Shown here: piece after piece, positions 32,261 through 43,043 of the stretch | How the letters are laid out: every line of letters starts with the position of its first letter | Position numbering within the stretch: position 1 is the stretch's first letter | Origin: a plasmid | Direction: 5' to 3' (one strand) | Sequence record: NZ_CP015380.1 | Length of the DNA: 64,000 nt | Translations under genes and position numbers: made by a program | The notes under the pieces: model-generated | The model's database searches: none | Told to the model about the DNA's origin: nothing | What the model saw: only the letters and a program-made list of their open reading frames with translations

Positions 32261-32659
32261 CTAGATCCAATCTTCCAGCCGCAGACCAGAAACACGCTCA
32301 AACTCACGTGTATTGTTAGTGACAACGATAAGTCCACAACTCCGAGCATGACCAGCAATCATCAGGTCATAGGGGCCAATAGGTTTACCAAAGCGCGCTA
32401 GCTCAGCCCTAATTTGACCAGAATGTGCGGCTGCATAGCAGTCGTAATTAAGTACGGATAAACGTGCCGTAAAACCTTCAATGATGGCTAAGTTACGCTC
32501 AGGTGCGGTGCTTTTTTCCGCACCATAAATGAGCTCCATTAAAGTCACTGAACTAATACAAAGTTGATGACTGTGGCAATTGAATTTTTCGCGTACAGAC
32601 TCCGGTTTATTTTTAATGGTGAAAATACAAATGTTGGTATCAAGCATGTATTTGAGCAT
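32261..32659 (-). CDS. vapC: VapC PIN-domain toxin
   Basis: MLKYMLDTNICI… PIN acidic residues. 132 aa. Overlaps the upstream antitoxin by 1 bp. Confidence 0.85.
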   Translation of the reverse strand: MLKYMLDTNICIFTIKNKPESVREKFNCHSHQLCISSVTLMELIYGAEKSTAPERNLAIIEGFTARLSVLNYDCYAAAHSGQIRAELARFGKPIGPYDLMIAGHARSCGLIVVTNNTREFERVSGLRLEDWI

Positions 32660-32886
32660 TACAGGGCCTCACGCTCTTGCATTTCAGGTTGTTCGCGCTC
32701 AGACATAAAGTCATCTGTAACCGAATTTCCCTCAAACCAACTATCCCATGATTCTCCGGCTGGCGTAATTAAGCGAGTTCGACCTATAGCAATGATCTCT
32801 ACACGTTTGACATCTTCGGGTAGTGCCACGGCTTTGGGTAAACGAACAGCCTGACTGCGATTGCTGAGGAATACGCTAGTTTCCAT
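32659..32886 (-). CDS. vapB: VapB antitoxin (AbrB/SpoVT-type)
   Basis: 75 aa, METSVFLSNRSQAVRLPKAVALP…, immediately upstream of vapC. Confidence 0.8.
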   Translation of the reverse strand: METSVFLSNRSQAVRLPKAVALPEDVKRVEIIAIGRTRLITPAGESWDSWFEGNSVTDDFMSEREQPEMQEREAL

Positions 32887-32998
32887 GTGTGTCTCCTTTG
32901 GATATACGAGATGTATATCCAGTGTAGTTTACTTGTTGGATATGTCAATGGGATATCCCTCTTCTATTTAAGATACAACAAACAAAAGGTTATCTGCG

Positions 32999-35588
32999 AT
33001 GATGAGTTTTAGCCAGGTGAAGTCGGCAGGCGGAGCAGCAGGCTACTACACCGACAAAGACAATTATTACGTCTTGGGCAGTATGGATGACCGTTGGCAT
33101 GGCGAGGGCGCCAAGCTGTTGGGTTTAGAGGGCTGCATCGATAAAGACACCTTCACCCGTGCGCTTAAGGGATTACTGCCTGACGGTTCCGATTTGTCCC
33201 GTCTGCAGGGTGGCAGTAATAAGCACCGTCTGGGCTATGACCTGACTTTCTCTGCACCCAAGAGTGTTTCGGTGATGGCGATGCTGGGCGGTGATAAACG
33301 CCTGATTGAAGCCCATAACGTTGCGTAATGAGGCAGGGGAAAGCCAACAGATAAAACTGTCGGCGTTAAATAGCCAGTGGTCGTTGTATCGCTCAGAGCA
33401 GCTGCCGGTTGCCGTGGGGGAAAAACTGAACGTGCTGGGGAAAATGCCAGAGCACAAACTGCGCGCCGGTGATGATCTCAACGTGGTCAGTCATGCCGAG
33501 GGCAAGATAGCCGTGGTACGTAATGGGAAAGGAGTCGCTCAGCCGCTACCCGTGGGCAATTCACCGTTCTCTGCGATAAAGGTGGGGCATGCGTGGGTGG
33601 AGGGATTAGGGCGCTCGGTCAGTGATGACGCTACGGTCTTTGTGGCCGCAAGCAACCGCGACCTCGACAAGATGACCTTGAACCAACTGTCGCGCAGCGG
33701 CGCACAGATACAGATGTATTCGGCGCAAAGCCCCGAAAAAACGGCTGAAAAACTCACACGTCATCCGGCGTTTAAGGTTGTGACGCAGCAGATAAAAGCC
33801 GTGGCGGGCGAGTCGGTTCTCGATGAGGCGCTACAGCACCAGAAAACAGCGCTCAATACGCCGGTACAGCAGGCGATGCATTTGGCTATCCCCACGCTTG
33901 AAAACCAAAAACTGGCGTTTTCGCACGTCTCTCTTCTGGCGGCGGCGCAGGAGTTCGGTAACGGTAAGCTCTCGCTGCCGGCGATTGAGCAAGAGGTTCA
34001 GCAGCAGGTCAAAGAGGGGGCATTAATCGCGGTCGATGTCGCTCAAGGGCACGGCAATGATTTGCTGGTCTCTCGGGTGTCCTTTGAGGCAGAAAAAAGC
34101 ATTATTCGCCATATCGCCAAGGGGAAAGAGGCGGTCGCACCTCTGATGAATGACGTCCCCGAGAGCCTCTTAGCAGGGTTGACGACGGGTCAACAGGCGG
34201 CGACGCGCATGATACTCGAAACGCCCGACCGTTTTGTGACGGTACAAGGTTATGCCGGCGTGGGCAAAACTACCCAGTTCCGTGCGGTGATGCAGGCCAT
34301 TAATACCTTGCCTGAAGAATATCGTCCTCGCGTCATCGGGCTAGGTCCTACTCATCGCGCGGTGGGAGAGATGCGTGGTGCGGGGCTTGATGCCCAAACG
34401 CTGGCCTCTTTTCTCTATGACACCGCACAGCAGCAGCGGCAGGGGGAAACACCGGATTATCGTAATACGGTTTTTGTGGTGGATGAAAGCTCGATGCTGG
34501 GCAATACCGACATGGCCAAAACTTATGCGCTGATTGCGGCAGGCGGTGGACGGGCGGTCTTTAGCGGAGACAGTGACCAGCTGCAGCCGATTGCACCGGG
34601 CCAACCGTTTAAGCTGCAGCAAAGGCGCAGTGCTGCCGATGTGGCCATTATGCAGGAAATCGTGCGCCAGACCCCCGCGCTCCGGCCTGCGGTGTATCGC
34701 ATGATTGAGCGTGATATCAGCGGCGCGTTGGCCACGGTGGAGAGTGTCGCACCGGTACAGGTGCCGCGCCAACCCGGCGCGTGGGTCCCTGACAGTTCGG
34801 TAATGGAGTTTACCCGCGAGCAAGAAAATGCGATACGAGAAGCCATCCAAGAAGCGGGTAAAGGTGTGAATATTGATGAGAGTAAGCCTACGACTCTTTA
34901 CGAGAGCATCGTCGCAGATTATATGGGGCGCACGCCTGACGCCCGCGCGCAAACGCTGATTGTGACGCACTTGAACGACGACCGTCGCGTAGTGAATGCG
35001 ATGATACATAACGCCCGTGAGAATGCCGGCGAACTTGGCGGTAAGACCTCTATTCCGATTTTAGTCACGGCGAACGTACGCGACGGTGAACTCAGGCGAC
35101 TGAGTACGTGGGAAGAACACCGTTGTGACCGCGTGCTCATGGACAATATCTACCATCAGATAGCCGATATTGATAAGCAGGCTGAGCTAATCACGCTGCG
35201 CGATAACGCCGGCAATACGCGGCTACTCTCCCCCCGCGAAGCCGCCAGTGAAGGGGTAACGCTGTATAAGCAAGACGTGATAACGGTCGGTGTGGGCGAC
35301 AAAATGCGCTTTTCAAAAAGTGACAATGAGCGGGGCTATATTGCCAACAGCGTGTGGACGGTCTCGGATATAGCGGGTGACAGTGTCACGCTAACAGACG
35401 GTCAACAGCAGCGCACGGTGAAACCCTATCGTGATGAAGCGCAGAGCCATATTGATTTAGCCTATGCGGTCACCGCACACGGTGCGCAGGGGGCCAGTGA
35501 GTCCTTTGCCATTGCACTCGAAGGGACCGACGGTGGCCGCAAGCAGATGGTGAGTTTTGAGTCAGTGTACGTTGACGGAGACAACTAA
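32999..35588 (+). pseudogene. traI: F-type TraI relaxase/helicase remnant: N-terminal 109 aa joined out of frame to the central helicase region, with the C-terminal ~270 aa absent
   Basis: N-terminal part matches F TraI residues 1-109 (MMSFSQVKSAGGAAGYYTDKDNYYVLGSM…). The second ORF aligns with F TraI from …TLRDAQGE…SSWSLF… through …HIDLAYAITAHGAQGASE…. The relaxase catalytic region is deleted. Confidence 0.85.
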
Positions 35589-36257
35589 AGACCAATAATG
35601 CCTTCGCTTACAACGGACAAGCCGTGCCGCTCAGAAGTTTAAGTTCCTCCCATCGCTATGCGACGGGCCCCATACAAATCACTTTAGTTACAACACTCTC
35701 AACATCCACACAGCAATCCGTGCACATCGGCAGCCACAGAGCGAAACCTATCCCACTGCAAAGCGGCTCGCCACCGGCCCAAAGGGCCGGAAATGAGTCG
35801 CTTTATAAGTGGATGTTGTAACTAGAGAATTTGTGTTGCTGTAAGTCATGTGGCGGATTGTTTCAGGTACATGCTCGTAAGCGGCTCTACGACCCGCTAA
35901 CGCGGAGATACACCCCAACTGCGGCAAAGCCTTGTAGTGGTCACTCCGACCGCATAATGGAACTTCTACGCCGCTTTTAGTGGGTTTAACTTTGCAGCTA
36001 TCGTGTTCTGTCAAAAAAAGTCGCTTCTAATTTAGACATACAGCCCCCTAAGCGCTGCCAGCAAGCTGCCAGCACTAAGTCCCCGATACATCGCGGCTAC
36101 GCCGCGCTAACGGGGTTAAAAGGACTTAAATCAGCATTTTTATCGCTGTAAGTCTGCATGGCTCTTCAGGGCGGGAGGGGTATAAGGATCTTTTATGATC
36201 CTACTCCGGCTTACGCCGGGCTTCGGCGGTTTGACTACAGATTCATATAAAACAACA

Positions 36258-37268
36258 TCATGCCGCCTTACATGCGCTACGCGCATCTAAAGACAGATAT
36301 TCAGCATCAAACGGCTTCTGTGTTTTCAAGACCCCATAGCACCAGTGAACAAGCTTGCGCATCAGTGCACCAATAGCACACATTTTGACCTTGCCACGCT
36401 GGCATAAACGCTTATACATCGCCTTCATCATTGGGTTAAATCTCAGACCGCACAACGATGCTAGATACAGTTTTGCCCTGACTTTCGGTGGCCCAATTTT
36501 TGACAATCTCGGTTTCCCTCTGACCGATGTGCCGGAGTTTTTTTCGACAGGAACGACGCCCAGAAAGGCAGCTACCTGCTCTGCTGTGTCGAAATGATGA
36601 CTCCGCAGGATAACCAGCATATTCAGTCCTAACTGAAAACCCACGGATTTTATCGATGTCAGCAGGTCAAAATCCTTCTTTAATTCAGGATGCTGGTCGA
36701 AATGGGTCAGGATAAGAGCGTCCAGATGCTCCAGCTCTGCACTCAGATTACGAAGCACATTTTCGATCGATTCAGCAACAATAGGAGGGATGTCCGTTGC
36801 CCTGCATTTTTCCAGTCTGTTTTTTGCGCGGGTACAGTCTGTGACGAATGCATCGCGGCAACGCAGAAGTGCGTTGAGATAGCGGACATTTTCCGGTTGG
36901 TGGTTCCCATGGCTCCGGCTCCTTAAGTGCCCCATAACAGGCCAGCATATAAGCGTCCACTTTGTCATTTTTTGTCAGAATATCCATGCCGCGGGCAAAT
37001 TCTCTGCTGCGGTGTGAGTTGCAAGCGATACCTTTGCTCCGGCATTGTGCAGACCGTAAGCCAGCGATTCGTGATAAACCCCGGTGGCTTCCATGATGAT
37101 ATGAACATCTTCTGGGATGCTGTGCTGCTTATGGAGCCAGTTGATTACAACACTGGCCGCATTGAAATCATTTTTAAGCTTGCGGGATTTTACCTTGCCT
37201 TTAACGCCTTCACGCAGCAGGCACAAATCCAAAGTTTTCTTACTGACATCAATACCTAACTGAAACAT
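36258..37268 (-). mobile_element. IS110-family transposase gene, split by two frameshifts into three ORF pieces
   Basis: N-terminal DEDD domain (MFQLGIDVSKKTLDLCLL…), middle piece …KNDKVDAYMLACYGAL…, C-terminal Transposase_20-like region (…LTSIKSVGFQLGLNMLVI…SKIGPPKVRAKLYLAS…). Confidence 0.8.
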
Positions 37269-37659
37269 AGGTGTATTCTCCTCACTGAACCATCACGCCT
37301 ATTATCCTTGTACATGCAGAGTCATCGCTCTTGGCAACAGTTCAATGTTAATGCTGGCGTGAAAGGTGAAGCGGAGGGCTTTTACTGCAAATCAAGGTTC
37401 GTGCCATTTAGGGGGGGACAAGCTCACTCTGCCTCATATGATGGTAGCTAACCACCATATGTTTATTACATACAAGGGGTGGGAAGGGGATTGAGGATAC
37501 CTATCAACGCAGGGCGGCTACGCCGCGTTTCCGGCGCCATTTAACGTCCAACAACGTCTGGCGCCTCCATGCCGCAAAGCGGCATCAGTCAGATGGAATA
37601 TTCCACCGAATGTGCTACTATCCGTGTAAGTTACACATCTTATCTGGAGTATTTCTATC

Positions 37660-37893
37660 ATGAGCATTAAACGTAATAAACAGAGTGTCACCGTGACTCT
37701 GGAACGTAGCCTGCTGTCACGGGCTCGTGAAGCCGGCGTTAATATGAGCGCTACGTTAGCTGCTGCACTTGATACAGAACTAAAAAAAAATGCAGCGATG
37801 CGCTGGCTCGAAGATAACGCAGAATCTGTTGCTGTACTAAATCGTATTGGGGAAGAAACGGGATGTTTTTCTGACGAGTACCGGAGTTTTTAA
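37660..37893 (+). CDS. ccdA: CcdA antitoxin
   Basis: 77 aa. C-terminal …RWLEDNAESVAVLNRIGEETGCFSDEYRSF parallels F CcdA …RWKAENQEGMAEVARFIEMNGSFADENRDW. Confidence 0.75.
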   Translation: MSIKRNKQSVTVTLERSLLSRAREAGVNMSATLAAALDTELKKNAAMRWLEDNAESVAVLNRIGEETGCFSDEYRSF

Positions 37894-37895
37894 CA

Positions 37896-38210
37896 ATGCA
37901 ATTTACTGTATACCGAGGTATCGGTAAAAACGCGGCTTTCCCATTGTTAATCGATATTACCAGTGACATCATTGGTGATATTAATCGCCGTCTGGTTATT
38001 CCTTTAATGCCTGTGGAACGTTTTGGGCATCATCGGCCACCGGAAAGACTTAACCCAGTACTGGATATGACTGACGGTAAAAAATACGTATTGATGACTC
38101 ATGAAGCCGCGACTATTCCGGTAAAAGCGCTTGGTGTAAAATTTTGTGATGCAACAGCATATAGGGTAGTCATCAAAGGTGCTGTTGACTTCATGTTGGA
38201 TGGAATCTGA
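37896..38210 (+). CDS. ccdB: CcdB gyrase-poison toxin
   Basis: MQFTVYRG…LLIDITSDIIGDINRRLVIPLMP…, 104 aa, ends …MLDGI (F CcdB ends …MFWGI). Confidence 0.85.
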   Translation: MQFTVYRGIGKNAAFPLLIDITSDIIGDINRRLVIPLMPVERFGHHRPPERLNPVLDMTDGKKYVLMTHEAATIPVKALGVKFCDATAYRVVIKGAVDFMLDGI

Positions 38211-38415
38211 AGCTCTGCCGTCAAACGATATGCGTTCGCTTGATGGTTAGGAAATTGGATCCGTTTTTTCCTTTAGATCAGAGGTAAAAGAAGGTGATAG
38301 GGCCATGAGTTTCATCCGCTCAGGTAGAACCTCCCTAAGCTGCTAATAACCATCGCTTCTTTTCTAGCTGCTGATGGCGTTCGGCCAGCAAGGGGGCCAT
38401 TTGGAAAACGGAGCC

Positions 38416-38453
38416 CATTACTAGGGGACTGAAGCCCAACCGTACGAAAACGT
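38416..38453 (+). repeat. Tn3-family 38-bp terminal inverted repeat (left end, reading inward)
   Basis: GGGGACTGAAGCCCAACCGTACGAAAACGTACGCTAAG. Compare the Tn3 repeat GGGGTCTGACGCTCAGTGGAACGAAAACTCACGTTAAG. A minus-strand ORF fragment ends with its TAA stop just inside this repeat, as tnpA does in Tn3-family elements. Confidence 0.7.
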
Positions 38454-38734
38454 ACGCTAAGTACGTTTATTGAGCTAAAACTATCGAGATCCTGTAGCCC
38501 CATTTTTTCGCTTTTACTACTGCCGGTTCTGCTTTTCCGGCCTGCAATACCACCAGTTGTTCGTTATGCGCTTTCAACGCCATTAATTCACCAGTCATCG
38601 TCGCTTTAGATTCCCTTGCCTCAACAGCCTCTTTCAAGGCTTTATCCAGTGCTGTTTTCCTGGCCTTTGCGGGTGGACTTAACCTGAAAAAAGTCGTTAA
38701 AAATAGTTACCCTTCATTCTTTGATAAAATCTCA

Positions 38735-39529
38735 ATGCTGTCTCTGTATTTGCTTCTGGTGTTTATGGGGGCCACGGTTGGTGGGATCCCTGATATTAAG
38801 GGGCAACTCTCCGTCGCGGGCTTTAATGATCTGATCATTGCGTCAGATACATCGGTGATAACCTTTATTACCCTGGTCGCTGTAGGCAAGCTGAGTGGAG
38901 AAAAACGGCCTCCCCGTAATGCTTCACACCTGCAGAACAGTCTTTCAAATCTGCTGTCAATTTTTCTTCCCACGCTCTCTCAGTTCATCACGGTGGCGGC
39001 CGGCTTTATACTGGGGTTAAAAGGGTTAATGCCCGACCTGTACGCAGACCACATTATCTCTTTGCTTCTGTATCTGTTGATATTTTCCGTCGCGGTAAAA
39101 TTATCGTATTCGAATATTAGTATAAAACGCGTGCTGTTAAATAAAACCAACCTGTGGCTAACGTTGGTCACGATATTGTCATCATTTATGGGAGCCGCGC
39201 TGGCATCATTGTTTATCAACGTACCGCTCCATGAAGTTCTGGCGATCGGATCCGGTTTTGTATGGTATACCCTTTCTGGAACGCTGTTCACAAAAATGGG
39301 CAATCCTCTGTTAGGAACCGTGGCTTTCTTAAGCGAACTGTTTCGCGGGATATCTGCGCTGATGCTCATTCCGCTGATTTCGCGGTTCGGTTACAGCACC
39401 GCTACCATCGCTATATCCGGTTCAACGGCTCTTGATGTGACGCTGCCGGTTGCGCGACTTATATCCCTTTCTTCTATTACCTTTAAAGAGGCCTTTTGGC
39501 AGCGGAGAAAGGACAGTAGAAAAACTTAA
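38735..39529 (+). CDS. polytopic membrane protein (possibly DUF340/LysO-like exporter)
   Basis: 264 aa, about 8 predicted transmembrane helices in two repeated halves. Family assignment is tentative. Confidence 0.4.
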   Translation: MLSLYLLLVFMGATVGGIPDIKGQLSVAGFNDLIIASDTSVITFITLVAVGKLSGEKRPPRNASHLQNSLSNLLSIFLPTLSQFITVAAGFILGLKGLMPDLYADHIISLLLYLLIFSVAVKLSYSNISIKRVLLNKTNLWLTLVTILSSFMGAALASLFINVPLHEVLAIGSGFVWYTLSGTLFTKMGNPLLGTVAFLSELFRGISALMLIPLISRFGYSTATIAISGSTALDVTLPVARLISLSSITFKEAFWQRRKDSRKT

Positions 39530-39686
39530 CCACGGCGATTGACCTGATTTCATCGACTAATGACCTGTGAGCATGTCACGGCCCATCCCTTCCTCCTCTT
39601 ATAGTAAAGCTACTCGCAGCCACCCAGCCTGATTATGCTAAACGCAGTAGCTGGGCTTCAAATCTAATGAATCACTGGAGCAAATA

Positions 39687-40466
39687 ATGAAATTAACGCA
39701 AATCCGCAATGCCACTCTCTTGCTGCAATATGCCGGTAAAAAATTCCTTATCGACCCAATGCTCGCAGAAAAGGAAGCCTGGGATGGTTTTGCCGGAAGT
39801 GCCCGCCCGCACCTGCGTAATCCCATGGTTGCCTTGCCTGTGCCTGTAGAAGATTTACTGGCTGTTGATGCCGTTATCCTGACCCACACTCATACCGATC
39901 ATTGGGACGAAGCAGCACAGCAGTCTGTTCCTAAAGACATGCTTATTTATACGCAGGATGAAAAAGATGCGGCGCTGATCCGTTCTCAGGGCTTTCTTAA
40001 CGTCCGCGTTCTGAAAGATGAAAATCATTTTGTTGACGGACTGACGATTTATAAAACTGACGGCCAGCACGGCAGTAACGAACTATACGCCGATACCCAA
40101 TTGGGTGATTTACTGGGTGACGCATGCGGTCTGGTCTTCACGCATCATGATGAAAAAACGCTTTATATCGCCGGTGATACCGTCTGGGTCAAGCCTTATA
40201 TAAAAAGCCTTCAGCGCTTCAAGCCGGAGATTGTGGTACTCAATACCGGCTATGCGGTCAACGACCTGTACGGTCCGATCATCATGGGAAAAGAAGATAC
40301 CTTACGCACACTTAAGATGTTGCCGACTGCGACCATCGTGGCGTCTCACATGGAATCAATCAATCATTGCCTCCTTACCCGCGCAGAATTACGCGAGTTC
40401 TCACTTGAACATGGCATTGAAGATAAAGTCCTTATTCCTGCAGACGGTGAAACAATGTCTTTCTGA
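39687..40466 (+). CDS. MBL-fold metallo-hydrolase
   Basis: THTHTDHWD (HxHxDH) motif with downstream His and Asp ligands. 259 aa. Confidence 0.8.
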   Translation: MKLTQIRNATLLLQYAGKKFLIDPMLAEKEAWDGFAGSARPHLRNPMVALPVPVEDLLAVDAVILTHTHTDHWDEAAQQSVPKDMLIYTQDEKDAALIRSQGFLNVRVLKDENHFVDGLTIYKTDGQHGSNELYADTQLGDLLGDACGLVFTHHDEKTLYIAGDTVWVKPYIKSLQRFKPEIVVLNTGYAVNDLYGPIIMGKEDTLRTLKMLPTATIVASHMESINHCLLTRAELREFSLEHGIEDKVLIPADGETMSF

Positions 40467-40594
40467 TAAGCCAATAAGATTTATTTGGGCGAAAAATGTA
40501 TTCCGACAGGTCACCTGTTATCCTCTGGTCAATCGGAATCAGCAATACTGCCGCCGGTGATCTGGTGGCTCTCCTTTACGGCAAGGTTAACGTT

Positions 40595-41569
40595 ATGTCT
40601 GTATTGACGGTCGCCGTGATTGCCACGGCCGGATTCAGCCCTTTTCACTTTTCAGTCCCCTGTATTATTTTCGGACAGTCTATGCCGCAGTCGGATTTAT
40701 TCCGCGTGGAAATTTGTGCTGAAAAACCGGGCGTCGTCCTGTCAGATATTGGCCTGTCAATCAATGTGAAACATGGCCTCGAGCTACTTGACGTCGCAGA
40801 CATTGTTATCGTGCCCTACTGGAATCATCCGGAAGAGCGACCTTCTCAGGCGCTACTTGACAAGCTGATAAGCGCATGGCAGCGCGGCGCAGAAGTGGTT
40901 GGGCTTTGTCTCGGTGCATACGTGCTGGCCTATTCTGGGTTACTGGATCAGCGCCGGGCGGTAACACACTGGGAGTTCGAACAGGACTTCGTTGAACGAT
41001 TTCCAGCCGTTTGTCTGGACAGCAACTCGCTGTATACCAGCGATGAACGCCTTATTACCTCTGCCGGCACCGCCGCCGGTATTGACTGCTGTCTTAATAT
41101 TATCCGGGATCATTACGGTTCAGCGGTTGCTAACCGTGTAGCAAGAAGAATGGTGGTTCCTCCTTATCGGGAAGGCGGCCAGGCACAGTTTATTGAACGC
41201 CCGGTCCCTGTATCTACGCGGGACGGAAAAATGAACGAGCTGATGGACTACCTGCGTCGCAATCTGGACAAGCCGCACGACCTCGACTCGCTGGCGGGAT
41301 TTGCCAGCATGAGCAGGCGGACACTTACCCGTCATTTTTTTAAGGCAACCGGGACAACGCTGGGTGGCTGGCTAAACGCTGAGCGTCTTCAGAGAAGCCA
41401 GGAGCTGCTGGAAACTACGGACAGCAGTATTGAAAACGTGTCTGATATTGCCGGGTTTCAGTCGCCAATCTCTTTCCGCCAGAGTTTTAAGGCGAAATTC
41501 AGCGTCAGCCCAAGCGAATGGCGCCGGGCATTTCGCGGTCCTGTACCAGTTGATCACGGAAAGGCCTGA
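40595..41569 (+). CDS. AraC-family transcriptional regulator with N-terminal DJ-1/PfpI (GlxA-type) domain
   Basis: Probable start MSVLTVAVIATAGFSPFHFSVP…. C-terminal AraC helix-turn-helix (…RRTLTRHFFKATGTTLGGWLNAERLQRSQELL…). Confidence 0.8.
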   Translation: MSVLTVAVIATAGFSPFHFSVPCIIFGQSMPQSDLFRVEICAEKPGVVLSDIGLSINVKHGLELLDVADIVIVPYWNHPEERPSQALLDKLISAWQRGAEVVGLCLGAYVLAYSGLLDQRRAVTHWEFEQDFVERFPAVCLDSNSLYTSDERLITSAGTAAGIDCCLNIIRDHYGSAVANRVARRMVVPPYREGGQAQFIERPVPVSTRDGKMNELMDYLRRNLDKPHDLDSLAGFASMSRRTLTRHFFKATGTTLGGWLNAERLQRSQELLETTDSSIENVSDIAGFQSPISFRQSFKAKFSVSPSEWRRAFRGPVPVDHGKA

Positions 41570-41899
41570 GCGGAAGCTAAGAAATCATAATAATTTTAGA
41601 AAACTGGCAGCCTGATACCGGAATAAAAATTTGTTCCTGAAATGAGTGAACTGGCTCATTCTTTAAGGGGGCCGCTTGGAAAACGAATCTATGGCCACTC
41701 CCGTTTTTGCAACACCGATTTTGACAATAAGTTGGCTTGCTTGAATCTATCCGGCGTCTGAATGGGATTTTATTTCCGCGCCTGATGAACCTCAGAAAAT
41801 ATACGGCTTCAATGAGCCTTTCCGTTTTACAGCTTCCTCAACAGGCCGATAGGCCGTTAGTATCATCAATATTAGTATTCGCAAAACCAGATCAGTGAT

Positions 41900-42860
41900 T
41901 CTTTAAACCGGTGTATTTCTGCCGTTATGCTACATAAGTTTGCTATCGTGCAGTTAAGGCCTAGGCTATTCTGGCTAGCTTGTTTGCTAGAGCACAAGTG
42001 ACGACAAAGTTCCTTTTCCGGCACAGTAAATCCCTGACCCAATCGGCCAATTTTCCAGACTGGTGTTCCAGTTTTTGTATGAATACCCTGGCACATTGAA
42101 CCAACAAAGTTCGGATCTTTTTGTTACCTCGCTTACTAATTCCCAGCAATGTCGTCCGACCTCCCGTCGCCAATCTCAGTTGAAATAGTATTCGCTGTCA
42201 GTGTTCCGACGCCGGGAATGCTCAGCAAGCGCTGTCCAATCTCATCTTCGTCCAACTTTCGTTTCAACTGGGATTCAAAATCTTTAATCTGCTCAATAAG
42301 ATAGTGATAATGCTGTTATAATTTCAGCAATAACTGGCTGAGGTAAAAAGGCAAACTATTGTCCTCAGTTGGCTAATAACGGCAGTTCCTCGGGGGAACG
42401 CTAATGCCAAATTCCAGCAGAAAAGCATGCATTTGATTACCTTATCCTGAACCAGGGATTAACGGATAGGGTGCAGAGCCCGCATTGCCTGCTGAGATTC
42501 CGTTCTAGGTTGCACAAAACGCATAGATGGACGCGATGCAGCTTCACAAATAGCTTCGGCGTCGAAAAAGTCGTTTTTGTTACTTTTAACGAATGGACGG
42601 ACAAATTGTGGTGATATCAGCTTTGGAAAATGCCCCAATTCTTCCAACTTGCGAGCCATAAAGTGAGAGCCTCCGCAGGCTTCCATTGCGATGGTTGTAG
42701 CAGGGCATGTCGCCAAAAATTCGATTAACCTTGGCCGGGTAAATTTTTTACGGTAAACAGCCTTGCCGCGACGATCCTAGCAATGAATATGGAAAGAGTT
42801 TTTACCCAGATCAATACCAATGAGCGCAATGTTTTCCATGATAGTTCTCCGAATGAAAGC
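41900..42860 (-). mobile_element. IS110-family transposase remnant (in-frame stop plus internal deletion)
   Basis: Minus strand MENIALIGIDLGKNSFHIHC*…, …MEACGGSHFMARKLEELGHF…KSNKNDFFDAEAICEAASRP…, and a C-terminal fragment …GISKRGNKKIRTLLVQCA…. Confidence 0.6.
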
Positions 42861-43043
42861 CTGTCCTCAGCACAGTAGCGGGAAGGAGGGAGTGGCCATC
42901 TCATTAAATATCCTACTCTAAGGCGATTTCTTAAGCAGACATGACAGGCAGCTCTGAGCGAGGAGCGGACGCTGCCCGACAGACCTGATGTGCAACTGAG
43001 CCGGTTAGAAAGCACCAGTTTGGTTAAAACACATACTTAGCGT

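Noticed and set aside
38312-38503. 63-aa minus-strand ORF crossing the left Tn3-type inverted repeat
   Set aside because: It reads through the terminal inverted repeat in a frame with no homology. The neighbouring frame ends with TAA at the inner edge of the repeat and is the more plausible tnpA-tail remnant.
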